Assembly (NCBI GenBank): GCA_028023455.1
Contig: JAQFVV010000002.1
Coordinates: forward strand, 10,354,001-10,418,000
DNA from: Epiperipatus broadwayi
Lineage: Eukaryota > Animalia > Onychophora
Length of the DNA stretch: 64,000 nt
Reading direction: 5' to 3'
Shown: positions 13,501-26,475 of the stretch, piece by piece
Numbering within the stretch: position 1 is the stretch's first letter
How the letters are laid out: every line of letters starts with the position of its first letter
Program-made: the position numbers and the translations under genes
Notes under the pieces: model-generated
Database searches by the model: none
The model's input: only the letters and a program-made list of their open reading frames with translations
Told to the model about the DNA's origin: nothing

Positions 13501-14100
13501 TGTTATAACAAATCTTGAATTAACTATGCAGACTATAGTATTTTTATCAATAAAATTTATATTCTGAAAGTGAATTAGTGAATATAATAAACAAATATGT
13601 TTTTAAAATTTAAATAAATTGGGAAATTGAGGGCTATCAGAAATATGTTTATAAATTATTTACTGTTTTAAAAAATTAAATTGCTTTATTTCTTCCTTAA
13701 AAATTAATGAGTATTTTATTTAATTTATATGAGAAAAAAGATTATACAAACCAAATAAGAACATAGCAATGGTTTTTTTTTTTTTTTTTAAATTAAAAAA
13801 ATGGGATGAGAGGAGAGGGGCAGACAAACCTTTTATCCAGTAAACAAATAATATTCGTGTTCATCATGTAGCACACATTTTATCAAAGCTCATTGAAAGT
13901 TCAAAAAGAACATTTTTCATTTAACAATTTTACTGGTCATTTATAGTTATATATGTAAATAAATAAATAGAAAAGAACAAAACAATAATCACTGGGTTAT
14001 TATTTTTAGTAAATTCTATAAAATCAACATTAACTTCTGGCAATTATATAAATAGTATTTCCCCAAAAGATATCATATTTAGCTCAAAAATACATCATTA

Positions 14101-14211
14101 TTATGATGTTTTTTGCAATGTTTGATATAATGATAGAGTAGCAGACTCTATAAGGTCCTTAGATCTGATTTCAGTTGTTGTATTTATGACACTTGATCTT
14201 TTTAGGAACCC
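14101..14211 (-). CDS. Candidate terminal exon (GFLKRSSVINTTTEIRSKDLIESATLSLYQTLQKTS*)
   Basis: Acceptor tttattattcag, 36 open codons to TAA; no homology recognised. Confidence 0.2.
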   Translation of the reverse strand, partial: GFLKRSSVINTTTEIRSKDLIESATLSLYQTLQKTS

Positions 14212-15079
14212 CTGAATAATAAAATCATTTTTTTGTGTGTGATGATAAAATCTTTCTATCTCATTATTGATTAGTCTCTTCTTTTTTTATGATCAATTTT
14301 TTTAAGCAATGTACATTTTTCTAATGAATTAAATTATCTCATTATATAAATAAAAATAAAACATTTTCAATTTGATCGTTTGTGCTTCAAGAAAGATTTT
14401 ACACATAATCTGATCACGAATTCATTTTGTTTGTTTTTCTTGGTGACTATGGAATTTTCAAAAGGCTTCACTGAAACCACAGTTCAAATGCATAAATTTT
14501 TTTCATATTGTTTTTCTAATGTCAACTTTCACATTTAGAGCTTGAACAATTTTGACTGCAATTTCTTAAAATTATATTCCTATATGTAAACATTTTTTAT
14601 AAATTTTATCACAGCTAGGATTATACTGTAATTAATTTATTGATTACCCTGTTTTTTATTGTTGATATATCATCCAAGAAATCAGAAACTATCAAACACT
14701 TTTTGTCTCATTGTTCAAGTTGAAATTAGCTGCTAAATGAGTGTTTAAGTAAAAAAAAAACTAAAGATTTCAATGTCATGCTTAACAGCTGATTTATAAA
14801 GCACAAAAGTGATTGAAAGCAGAAACTATCAACCATTTCTTTACTTCATTATTAATTTTGCAATCAGTTGCTAATCCTTCCATTCCGATCTTTATCTTTT
14901 TTTATATTTAAATATTAAGTCAACAGGATTTACTAACTGGTACATTTTATATTTATAGTTTCTTCATATCAAGGGGGGAAAAAAACTTTTAATAAAAATA
15001 ATTAGGTATTCAATTATTACTTAAAATAACTTTTGTAACTTTATAAAGATTTACTTATTTTCTTAGACTATGCAATTCT

Positions 15080-15276
15080 ATTAATAGTGTTCATTCCTTC
15101 TGAAGAAAAGATTAGATTTATTTTGGTTCAACAATAATTAGCTGAGCAATGCTTTCAACCTAGAAAGTTTGAGAATTATGAATATGATCTTCTAAGTTGA
15201 AAGCATTGCTCAGCTAGTTATTGTTGAACTGAAATAAATCAAATCTTTCTTTCAGAAATGAATGAACACTATTAAT
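15080..15276. repeat. Fold-back hairpin, arms ~87 bp, loop ~23 nt
   Basis: attaatagtgttcatt..gctgagcaatgctttcaac (15080-15166) is the reverse complement, with a few mismatches, of gttgaaagcattgctcagc..aatgaacactattaat (15190-15276). Confidence 0.9.
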
Positions 15277-18200
15277 GGAATAAAATTACTTCTATAAAAT
15301 GTGAGTGATTGTAAGTGTGAATATTAAAAAAAAAATTAATTTCAAAGTAAATTATAACAATTATCTTTATATCCATGTAGTAACACTTTGTATAATTAAT
15401 ACTTACATGCTCACAAATTTTTAAATAACAGATAGTGTTTACTAAGTTTTGGAATTTGGGTTCTTGGTTAAACAACAACCAGATTAGCATTTGGACTATA
15501 CACATAAGCTTTTATATTTCAAAGACTAATCTTAAATAATTGGAAGGTTAGTTCACCAATGATGAACTGAGAAAAGTTGGCAGTTTAAGATATAAAAGCA
15601 TATGGTAAAATCAACTAGAGAGAAAGAACCGTTTAAGAAAATAGAGGCTAATCTCTCTCCTCTGAAATAACCACAGGCAGTTTAGGACAGGCTATAAATT
15701 ATTGAGACTTTATTAAATCAGGCAAAACTCTCCATACAGCAGTACCACTCATGTGATGTTATTGAGATTTTATTATTATTTTTAGTAAGCTTTGATCTAA
15801 ATAGTAATATTACATAGTTAATTGGTCTACAGACAATGCATTTTGTCATCATGAGTATTTAATTATTCTTTGTTAGGGATAAAACAAAGATATACAATTG
15901 CTGAAATTCTAACATCTGGTAGATGAGAACTTTTTTTGTAAATAATACTTTTCTCTATTGCTTTTGGGATCTCTATTAGAGAAGCCTTTGTCTTGCACTG
16001 GATTAATTAATGACTATGTTGTCTTTCATCTATGTATATATGTAATGATAAAAATATTTTTGGTTATATATATAAATCTTTTGATGCTCTTTTATATGAA
16101 AATGGAGGAGAGATCTCCTCTATGGTATAACCTTAAGTTTGAACTGTCTATCACAATCTTTTTTTATAAATTATATAGTTTGTTATTTTTTGGTTTAAGA
16201 CAGCTTATTCTTAAAACATTTTACAAATGGAATCAGCAAAATATGAAAAGACAGGTATATATATACTTAACATTTTCCCCCCATAATCACACACAATCTT
16301 TTTATTCATTTTAGAAATAATTATAATTACTTTTAAATTAGAAAACTGCAATTCAAATTCTCTATGTTAAATGCATGAAATGAAAAGTAATTTACTAAGG
16401 TATGTAATTCTATTTGCATTTTATTTTTAATAATAAATTAATAAATATTAACTTATTATTTCAAGTATTTTGTGTTTAATGTTGCACTTAAAATAATCAA
16501 ATGGTTATTTTTTTTTTGGATTTCATAAGAAGTTCAAGCATTTAGAAGTGTCAAAGCTGGAACTTTGATCCTAAAACTTTGAACTCCAGTGTCCACTTTA
16601 TTATTGCCCTAAACTAAGTATGCTAATTGTGCACTTAATAGAAAATAATAATTACAATTTTATGAATATGTTACTTGATTTGACAGATCATAAATTTTAT
16701 GATGTAACTCTAAAATTAAGAGTCTAGAATAAATCAAATTAAAAGATGGTCGTTGAAAAGGGAAACTTACATTGATGATGATTAAATGTTAATGTTTGTT
16801 CACAACACTGTTGGATAGTTATTCATTTTGCATATATTCAAATTTTAATTATGTTTATTAATAATTAAATGTTTAATAAACAAAAACAGTATTAAAAATG
16901 AAATTATAAATGTATTTAGTATAATAGTTTATATAGTCTTTATGAAATAAAAAAGAAAAATTATAAAATTTCTAAAGTATTTTTTTTTTCAGCAGTAGGA
17001 TTTTATTTCTGCTTAATTTCATTCAACAGCTCTGTCTCACTAGATTTAACAGATATCGCTCCACTTTTCACAATTTTAAACTTAACAATACAATTTCATT
17101 CCGCCTGTTTTTATTTTAAAATTTGAAATTAAACAGGATATATTTTTTATATATATAAAAAATAACTCAGAAGTGATGCATCATTTAAAACAGTGTGATT
17201 TCACCACCAAAACAGAAATATTGTACATTGTTGACATATATATATATAAAAAAAGAGAGAGGGAAAGTATTGAGTAACAAATGTGATGTTATGTGTTTGA
17301 ATGTATATAAATTAAAATATCATTTAGAAAACTTTTTTTTAGAATTGTTAACTAAATAAACTTTTAAAGGTTAATATTATATTTTTACACATAACATTGT
17401 AATCAACTTTAATGTGGAAAAATAGTCTCTAGAAACAAATACCAAGACATATTTAATGCTCAGTTGATAGCATTTAAAATCTAGCTAAAACATAAATGCT
17501 AATAATAATAAAAATAATATGCAACCATACATGTGGAAGAACTTGAAAATTATATTCACATGGAATACAAATGATATCTAATATTCACAAAAAAGATTTT
17601 ACACTTAAGAACACATAAACATATCCAGTACAGATAGAATATTATTGGCACTACATTCTATGATTTAGCACCTTTTATCATGAGAATGAAAATTGTTTAG
17701 AACTCCAATTTTTATTATCATAAGTTATGATTTATTAAAGTAATATTTTTAATATGATACCCACATATAAAAAGGAGCACAGTAAATACATATATAAGAT
17801 CATAATTTAATGAATAACTGTAAATTAATAGGTTATTGCTATGAGTGCCATGTTTCATATTTCTATCTTAGTTTAATTGCAGTAGTTAATCTGTGATTTA
17901 AATTTTTTTTTCCAATTTAACAGAATGCTGATTTTTTTTTTAAAAAAAAAAGATTTGCTGTAATTGTTCTTTAAAAAAGTTTTTAGGCCTATTGATATAA
18001 TTAGAGAATTTTATAGTATTAAGTGGAGAAAGTAAAAACATAACTAGTTGAATTTAAAAAAAACCAATAAGCTAAAACATTAATGGCGGAGTGTTTATAT
18101 TTTTGATTATTTTTATGTGCTCTTTATATCAATTTCTGGTGATTATGTGAAAAGCAGTTTTTCAAAATGACATCAGTTGATATCAAAGACACATTTATTA

Positions 18201-19030
18201 TTATGAAGATAAAAATAATCAATTTCATTAGTTGTTGTATTCTTTTCCTATTAGCATCAATCTTTTCAATACATATGCTACAACCTCAAATTAATAGTTC
18301 CTGTTTAACTGCAATTCACTGTAAAAGTGCTACTATTAAATGTGTTTTTCACTTGAGTTCAAGAACAATGCTGAGTTGTTGTTTTTTGGAGCATCACTCT
18401 CCTTACTTTATTCATAAATATCTTTAGTTATTTGTCAAATGTTATAAAGTCATTATATACTATACTAACATCTGACATAATTTATATTGGGGCATAAATT
18501 TTTTTTTAAAAAAATCTATGAAATGATAAATGTTATTATATGAACTACCATTTTTATAGCACACTTAGTTTTAAAATTTTTTTGTCTAATTTTTTTTTAA
18601 AAAAAAATGAAAGGGAGGACAAGAATAATAAAATATTAAACAATATTATAGATCAAGTAATTTTGGTCATCCTTTGTAACAGTAATAAAACATGTTTCAT
18701 ATTATTTGTTAGCTAAAAAGTAACTTTAATTATCTCTAAATACAAAATAAAAAAGTTTTTTTTACAAGATTAATTCTCAATAATATATATATTTTTCATA
18801 TAATTATGTAATTCTACCAAAAATGTACTGGTTAATATGAAAGGTAAAATAAAACTAATAAGAAAATCTTAAAAGCTTGAAGCCAGCTTTTGGCAGATTG
18901 CTGCCAGAATCATAATGCTGAATAGAACTGTACTGTTAAAAATATGCATATATAGTGGTGAATATTAATATGTAAATTAGATGTTTTTCTGGTGATGGAA
19001 TAAATCTCTCGCATTAACCCAAGCTTTTTT

Positions 19031-19759
19031 GGTAAAGGTTTACTATAACGGTCTATCTATGTTTGCCCTCTATTGTTTAAAATTTAAACTAAATTGTTTG
19101 AGAATCTTAGGTGTATGTTATTATATTACAAATAAATTAAAATTTAATCAAATGTAAAAGATAATAAAAAAAACATTTACCTTTTTAAACATAATTATGT
19201 CCTATACACACTAGGAAGTCGGTATTGATGTATCTACTCGGGAGGGCAAATTTATGCAGGTATGATGAAAACAAAGCTCTTACGCTTTGCTCTCATCCAC
19301 ATGTTTTCAATATTCTGGGTGTGTATGTCTTGGTCTTCAGGATGCACGAAGTTGTCCTGATGGATGACTCAAAATTTCACCATCAGGTACTAAGCATGTA
19401 GCAGACATTTATTCCAACTATAAAACTGTACATGTGTGCATGTAATTCGCTCCGTTGAACACATAGGGTGTCTTTTTTTTGCAACATGTGCTATAAATGT
19501 AGTTATTTTAAATTCTTAAGTTGTAGACAGTTTAAATTCTTAACTTTCAAAGAAATTAATTCTTTTAATTCATGTCATGTAATTAATCCAACATTCTAAT
19601 TCTTTAAAAAAGTTTTTTTTTATTTATTATCTTTTACATTGATTAAATTTTAATTTATTTGTAATATAATAACATACACGTAAGATTCTCAAACAATTTA
19701 GTTTAAATTTTAAACAATAGAGGGAAAACATAGATAGACCGTTATAGTAAACCTTTACC
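19031..19759 (-). mobile_element. Non-autonomous Merlin (IS1595/ISXO2-like) DNA transposon, 729 bp
   Basis: TIRs of ~138 bp starting GGTAAAGGTTTACTATAACGG (19031-19169 vs 19623-19759, 2 substitutions and 1 indel seen). 8-bp TSD GCTTTTTT at 19023-19030 and 19760-19767. Internal minus-strand peptide HQDNFVHPEDQDIHTQNIENMWMRAKRK (19279-19362) matches the ISXO2/Merlin NH..FV.P....HTQ.IE..W...K motif. Confidence 0.92.
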
Positions 19760-22320
19760 GCTTTTTTATATTTTCTTTTCCTATCATCCCTCTTGGCACG
19801 TATTGTTTTTACATTGGAGAGTGAAGAGGTGTGTCCTGTAGCCAGTTCATGATCAAAAAAAATCTTTGTATTCATAATTTAAATTAACTTTATTATATAA
19901 GTATATGTGCTGGAAAACTCTCATTGATCTGTTAGTGTGGCCATACACAGAGCTACAGAATGTGGTAGAGCATGAAATTTTATATATGACTTGGGAAATG
20001 TGTTCAAAAGGTATTCTGTCTATAAAATTAAAACTTTTTAATTATGGATTATCAATTATTTTTAATATCATTATAAATATGTTACTTTAAAAAATATAAG
20101 CTTTTTTTTTTAAAAATGTAGATTTTGATCTTTCAAAGGTGACACATTTTAATATATTAAGACAATATATATATATATTTATAAATTAGATTGCGTAAAA
20201 AGATGTAAAAAGGATTTCTACCTGTAATAGTTTTTTAAAGTATTACTGATTTTTTAAAAAGTTATACAAGTTTAATTAAATATATTAATAAAATAATTAA
20301 TAAAATGTAAAACAATATTACAATCAAATAACATTTGGCATATCATCTATAGTAGTAATAAAACATATACATTCAAGATAATAGAATCTAATTCACTTAA
20401 TAGTGAATTTCACTCAATGACTACAGTTCAATTCCCATCCCATATTACTGTGAAATGCTCTTGTACACCTTTTTAATTAATTAAATTGTCTCAGGATATA
20501 ATTGCTATAATCTAAAAATATTTAATAAGATATTAAAATTAATGTTTACAATATTGTTGTAGTAATATTTACTTACATTCAGTAAAGCACAAGGAAAAAC
20601 TAAAATATATTTATAATTTTGTAACAGTGTAAAGATTTGTACTGTTATAAAAATTACAAAGAAATAAAGTCATATGTCACATGACTTGATTTAACAAGCT
20701 TGTATTACAAATGTTATATATAGAGCTCACAAATAAGCTCTTAACAAGCTTTGTAGAATATCCTCAATCCCAGACCGGTTTGAGTAGTTTTATATTATTA
20801 TTTAAATAAATTTAGATAGAGATTATTTCAAAATTTATAGATAATCATTATTCCAAATTGCATACATATAAAATCTATTTTTTGAGAATTTTTAGATTAG
20901 CCAGCATAAGGGCAGATATATATATGTACACAAAATCTACTATTTCCATAGCACATGTTTGAATAGAAATGTTGAATTGTTAAAAAAAATCAGGAAACAT
21001 ATAAATATTATTAATTCAAATTGATTTTTAAATGTGCATAACATGTAAAAAGGGGGAAAATATACTTCTTAAATCATTTTCAAAACAAACGAGAACAGAA
21101 AAAAATATGTAATAGTTTTAATATCTGAGCATAATTGCATTAGCTAATTTCTGAAGCATTACATATGCTCAGGATATAGTTCATTTTTTATGAAAACGTT
21201 AAAATGTTAAAAAGCCACATCAGTTTATTCATTGATTCTTTACTGTCTGAAATATAAAAGCAAAAATTTGCATGCTAAACATTTATTATCAAAATATGTC
21301 AGTAAGCCAGTTCACTTTTATGCTGACTATGGTTTCTGAAACAGCATACAAAAAGTCATATCTTTTATTACAAATTTTTGCCACATTTCATTGCAATTTT
21401 TTTTTGTGAACATATAATGAAAATGAGAGTAAATTTAATTTTTTTAAAAACAATATTCATTAAAAAATTAAACCGTAAGTGCTTTTTAATTAGTTTCTCT
21501 TTTTATTGGTTGCTTTTATGATAGACAAAAATGGTGCAACTCTTACTGCAGTATTGAAGAAATTTGTGCAAAATTTCTTCATAATCCAATACATTTAAGT
21601 AATGAATTTAAATGTATTTATTTAATTTAATTAATGTTTCAGCATTTTTAATAAGCTATAATTAATATTTGCCAATATATTATATTTAATTTTTAAGCTT
21701 TCTTTTTTTATTGCTATACTTGCATGTATGTATTTGAATGATTTAAGTTTCCATATCTAAGAATTATTAAGAAATATTGATATTGGAATTGCATTGCTCA
21801 ATTTGAATATAGATTAAGACTTATAAATATTAAAATTAATATTTGTTAAAATTTTTAGCAAAGTACTTTCAAATCATGAAAGGTTTATAATGAGGGTGAA
21901 AACATATATGTTCAGTTATTATTACATATTTTTAAATGCTTTTATTTAACTTACATTCTCTATATGTTTGTTTGTTTATTTAATTGATTTCAATTGATAG
22001 CTTTTAAAATTGAGCTTAATACTTTTTAAATAATGGGTGACTTTTTGGAGTTTCAATTGAAAGCTTGATTTAATGATTTATTAGACCCATATCAAATAAA
22101 TGTACACATACTAAATCTGATATATTTATAAGAGGTATACATATTAACTTATTGCAGAAATATCAAATGATATATATAAACTAGAAGTGTCAAATCAATT
22201 TAAAGTACTTTCTGCAATGTTTTGAATGATTAAAACTTTAAATCAATTTGATACTTATATTTAGATATATATATTATAGTAAGTAATAAATATGTCATTT
22301 AAAATTAAATTGGTAAATGA

Positions 22321-22583
22321 TTTTATTTATCATGCACTAACCCCCCATCCACAAAAATAATTGTTTCTTCTACTATAATTGGAGTTTTTAGATTGAACTT
22401 AAAATAAAAGTATGGGGGGTCCAGATATTAAAATAAAAATATGGGGGGTCCAGATATTAATTAATTTCATTCCTATGTAGACCCCCCACACACACACTCT
22501 CTTTTATTTTAAGTTTAATCTAAAAACTCAATTGTGGTTGAAGAAACAATTATTTTATTGTTTTTAGTGCATGATAAATAAAA
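22321..22583. repeat. MITE-like fold-back, ~100-bp arms, with an internal ~30-bp tandem duplication
   Basis: ttttatttatcatgcactaa..gaagtttttagattgaacttaaaataaaag..ggggggtc pairs with gacccccc..cttttattttaagtttaatctaaaaactc..ttagtgcatgataaataaaa. aaaataaaa.tatggggggtccagatatta occurs twice. Confidence 0.85.
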
Positions 22584-22693
22584 ACATTTATTATAAAATA
22601 TTTTTATCTCTATTATTTTTTAATCCAGAAAAATCATTACAATGAAACTTCTTTGTATCATTTCCATTACTTTCATTTTCTCATATGTTTTAC

Positions 22694-22791
22694 CTGTTGT
22701 TTTTAATTCCAGGAATAACTCCATATATTTTTTCTGGTCCATTATTCATCAAACTGACATTTTCATGCATTAATACCAGGTGAACATAATC
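22694..22791 (-). CDS. Candidate internal exon, 98 nt (DYVHLVLMHENVSLMNNGPEKIYGVIPGIKNN)
   Basis: Acceptor attatttcag, donor CAG|GTAAAA; only one frame is open; higher GC than the flanks. Confidence 0.4.
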
Positions 22792-24586
22792 CTGAAATAA
22801 TATTTTTCTTTTGCTCAAAATTAAATATTGTACTTTTTTCTCTATTGGATTATATTTTATTGTAGTAGAGTATTTATTTTATTAAATAAAACAGTAGTGA
22901 GGAGAAGATGGTGAATTTGAAGTTATGCCTACTTATGCCAAAAATTCATAAAGTACTGATAAAATTTAACACTTTTAAAGAGTAGTTATATTATATCATA
23001 TCTTTTATGCGCACATTATGCACAAAGCATGATGGCAGTGATTGGGAAAGTATTCTTAAATTCTATAGAATACTATATTTGCATTGAAATGTAAAGTTTG
23101 TACAAATCAAATATTAAATATTTTTTCAGCATGTGCTGGCCTTGTTTTTTTTTTTATATATATACTATTTAAATCTTCAACTATAATTGTAAAAATCTTT
23201 TCACTTGTATTTTGTTAATTGATTGAAATCAAGATTGTTATGGATAGACATATAAAAGATCTGTAAATGATTTAATCAGTATGAATTTTTTAAACATTTT
23301 ATGTAATTATTATGCTATTAAATTTTTTTATATATACACACATTTTTTTAAAAGTTTTGAATTATAAATGTGGATTTTAGTAAATAATAATCATTTAATT
23401 GTTCTTATTTATAGTTTTTAAGTTTCCTTGAATTTTTCTATATATATAGTCAGTTTGAATTTCATCCTCTTCAGAAGTGATTGATTATGTTTTACTGTTA
23501 TCCAGAAAAGCCCAAAATTAAAACCATTATTGTTATTAGTTGATGTCAGCTTCTGATGATCACAAGAACAGCAGTTTGCACATGTAAAAAATTTTCAACT
23601 TAGTATATTTGCAATTTGAAATTATGTTTTGCAGATTGCCACAATTATAATCAACTGTAGTCAATACCATTCTATATTCCTCCTGCTCACAGTAATAAAA
23701 CATTAAAGAAAAATGGACAAAACAATTAGAATAAAAAAAAATAAGACAATCAAGATTAAATTTAGATTTTTCTTAAGAAAATTTCATGGATGAAGAAATT
23801 TCTAATCATTAGCTGTGAGATCAATAATTTTAGCCAGTAACAGAATCTTACCAAGCACTAATGAACTACTCCATCTCAAATAATATATTACTGCCCAAAC
23901 CACATTTTTGTATTATCTATCTCCAAATAAAGTATTAGACATTTATATATACTATTATTTTATATTATTATTAAAACTGAACTTTATTAATAAATATATT
24001 TGCACAGAATGCCATTCTTTTCCAACTAAGCTCTAATTACATTTTTATGTAGGAGAAAGTGTGATAAATAGTTTATATATTTATAAAATCTCTGATTTTA
24101 AATATAATACAAATCATAAACACAAAAGAATTGCACTTCAATAATATTTTATTTATATATAATAAAATATTAAATGCATCATATTATATACTTATATATT
24201 GCTACCTATTAAGCTACTGTATTTTTTTTAATTAATATATATTTTTAATTTGATTTTTGATTTTCCTATAATATTGTTTTTTTAATTCAGTATCTATTAT
24301 TGGATAATTTAAGAACGTAGTAATTTCTTATCATAGTTCCACATTTATTACAATATTTTGCAACAATCATACATACGTATTTAAATAAATAAATATAAGC
24401 TTAATAATTAGAAGACCTTGGTGTGTAGCAATTAGCACATCCATCTATTATATCCACAACCCACAGTTTAAAACCATATGGAAAATTGAACAGTTTTTTG
24501 GGAAGCAGTAGATTGTTAATAAACTTAGGATTTCTTTTTTCAGGTAAATAGTCCATAGTTAACTCAAACGTTCATTTATTGATTAT

Positions 24587-24676
24587 GTCGAGAGGTCTGC
24601 CTTACAAGCAGTTGTCCCGGGTTAGCGGGTTCGCTTCCCGACCGATGCTATGACATGAAAAAAAAAGAAAAAAAAA
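24587..24676 (+). mobile_element. tRNA-Gly-derived SINE, 5'-truncated, with A-rich tail
   Basis: ctgccttacaagcagttgtcccgggtt..ggttcgcttcccgaccgatgc-tatgacatg-A(n); similar to the tRNA-Gly-TCC 3' half. Confidence 0.75.
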
Positions 24677-25923
24677 TTATTGTTAGGTAGAAGATAAACT
24701 ACTAAAGAAAATTGAAGAATCTAATGAATAATATTTTCTTCTTATGAAGAATATTTAAAACTATTTTTTATTTACTTATCAACAATTATCACAAAGAATG
24801 AAAAACATAGTAGCTGAGTATTCATTGGTTCAGTTTGATATTAAATTACTGTAATTTAATCGATAAATGCTAAATTTCTTGCACTCACATATTAGGCAAG
24901 GTGTGTGTGGTGAAGTTGAAGTTTTGGTATATCTAGTTTAGTGTTGCTTACTGCTCTTAAAACAATCTAATCGAGATGTAATCATTTTAAGAATATCTTT
25001 TTTATTATTAGATATTATGCATAACATATTTAATTTAAAGCAAAACTGAATATTTAAAAAAGAAAACATTATTATATTAATACATTATTACAGAATGTGT
25101 ATGATTAATCTACATCTGTTTTTCTTATTTTTTTTCATTCTGTATTAAATATACAGTATATCATTAGCAATTTGTTTTAAAAAAATTTTAATTAATGCAA
25201 CTTGTCATGTAACAAGATTGGAGGAGCTGTTGTGGATCACATACAAACTGACTAATTTAGCATACATAGTTCAATCAAAGCAGGAAATTTGACTTCCGTG
25301 TTCTACAACAAATCCTACTTGGAGACAAGATTTGTAGCACGTTTTAAAATTTTCCATTCACTTAAAGTCTATTCAAAAAGGAGACACATTTATCTTTTTT
25401 TTTCTTTCCGAGAATTTTTTGTTCATAAATATGCCGAAAATTGTTGTGTCTAACTATATTATCACAGACAGCATATAAAAAAATATTGAATCAAAAATTA
25501 AATAATTGTTAAATGAGTAATTAGTGCAATAAATTATATTCAAATTAGTAAAAAAAATATTTCTTTTTAAAATAAATATTTTATTAACTTTAACCAACAA
25601 TTAGAAGCAATTTATTCTAAGCTGTAGTAGTCTTTTTTTTATAAAAGAGATAATACTTTACTCATAAAAGTTTACAATAATATATTATTACTTAAGATGA
25701 AATTTGATTGGTTTTAATTTTATTGTCAAGGTGACTAATAACAAACACTATGTTATCTATCTATGTGTTATTATTAACAAGTTGTTTGTATTTAAAAAGT
25801 TAATATGAAATTTAAAATTTCTAGACATTCAACATTTACTGATAAATGATGGAAATAATCCAATATATTGTCACATCAATTGCCAAAACTGGCTTTTTTT
25901 TGGCAATCAAAATAAGGCAAATA

Positions 25924-26076
25924 TTTGGCGCTGCCCCCCCCCCCCTCCATCAAACAGTTAATAGCTTATTGTTTCCTACCACAATAAACGGTGAACTTTA
26001 CACGTTTTTCAATAAAATAAAAATTGAATTTGCAGCAAAATAATAGGGAAACATAGCCCCTCTCCCACCCAATCAG
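25924..26076. promoter_or_regulatory. Promoter-like motif cluster (E2F-type TTTGGCGC 25924-25931, poly-C, CCAATCAG 26069-26076)
   Basis: Motifs read directly within a local CpG cluster; could equally be transposon-internal sequence. Confidence 0.25.
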
Positions 26077-26127
26077 TGTCCTATGCGTTTGCCTGATTGT
26101 TACCTATTATTACAATTCTATGTGATA

Positions 26128-26475
26128 ACTGAAACATACAGGTTTATTATATACCTGTGTCTACATATGTAATATATAGGGTATATGAACACAGACTTTC
26201 ACACGACCCACCACTCTCCACACTATCTCATAATACTGATACACTTGAACACATATAAGTTGAAAAGATAAATAATCACCAATATACGTATTTCATGCTA
26301 CACCAGTAATTATCAGTTGGTCCAGTGTGTTAGATGTAGATAATAAAAGTGTTATGATAAATGTTAATAAGTGAAACATACAGGCTTATTATATGTGTTT
26401 AAGTGTATCAGTGTTATGAGATAGTGTGGAGAGTGGTGGGTCGTGTGAAAGTCTGTGCTCGTATATCCTATATAT
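26128..26475. mobile_element. Family-B element with partial inverted duplication and a degenerate hammerhead on the minus strand (~26277-26318)
   Basis: 26171-26258 is the reverse complement of 26393-26473. Minus strand reads ACCAA-CTGATAA-..-GAAA-TACGTA-TA-TTGGT. Confidence 0.75.

Noticed and set aside
19627-19875. 82-aa minus-strand ORF
   Set aside because: It runs through the Merlin right TIR and flank; non-coding repeat sequence.
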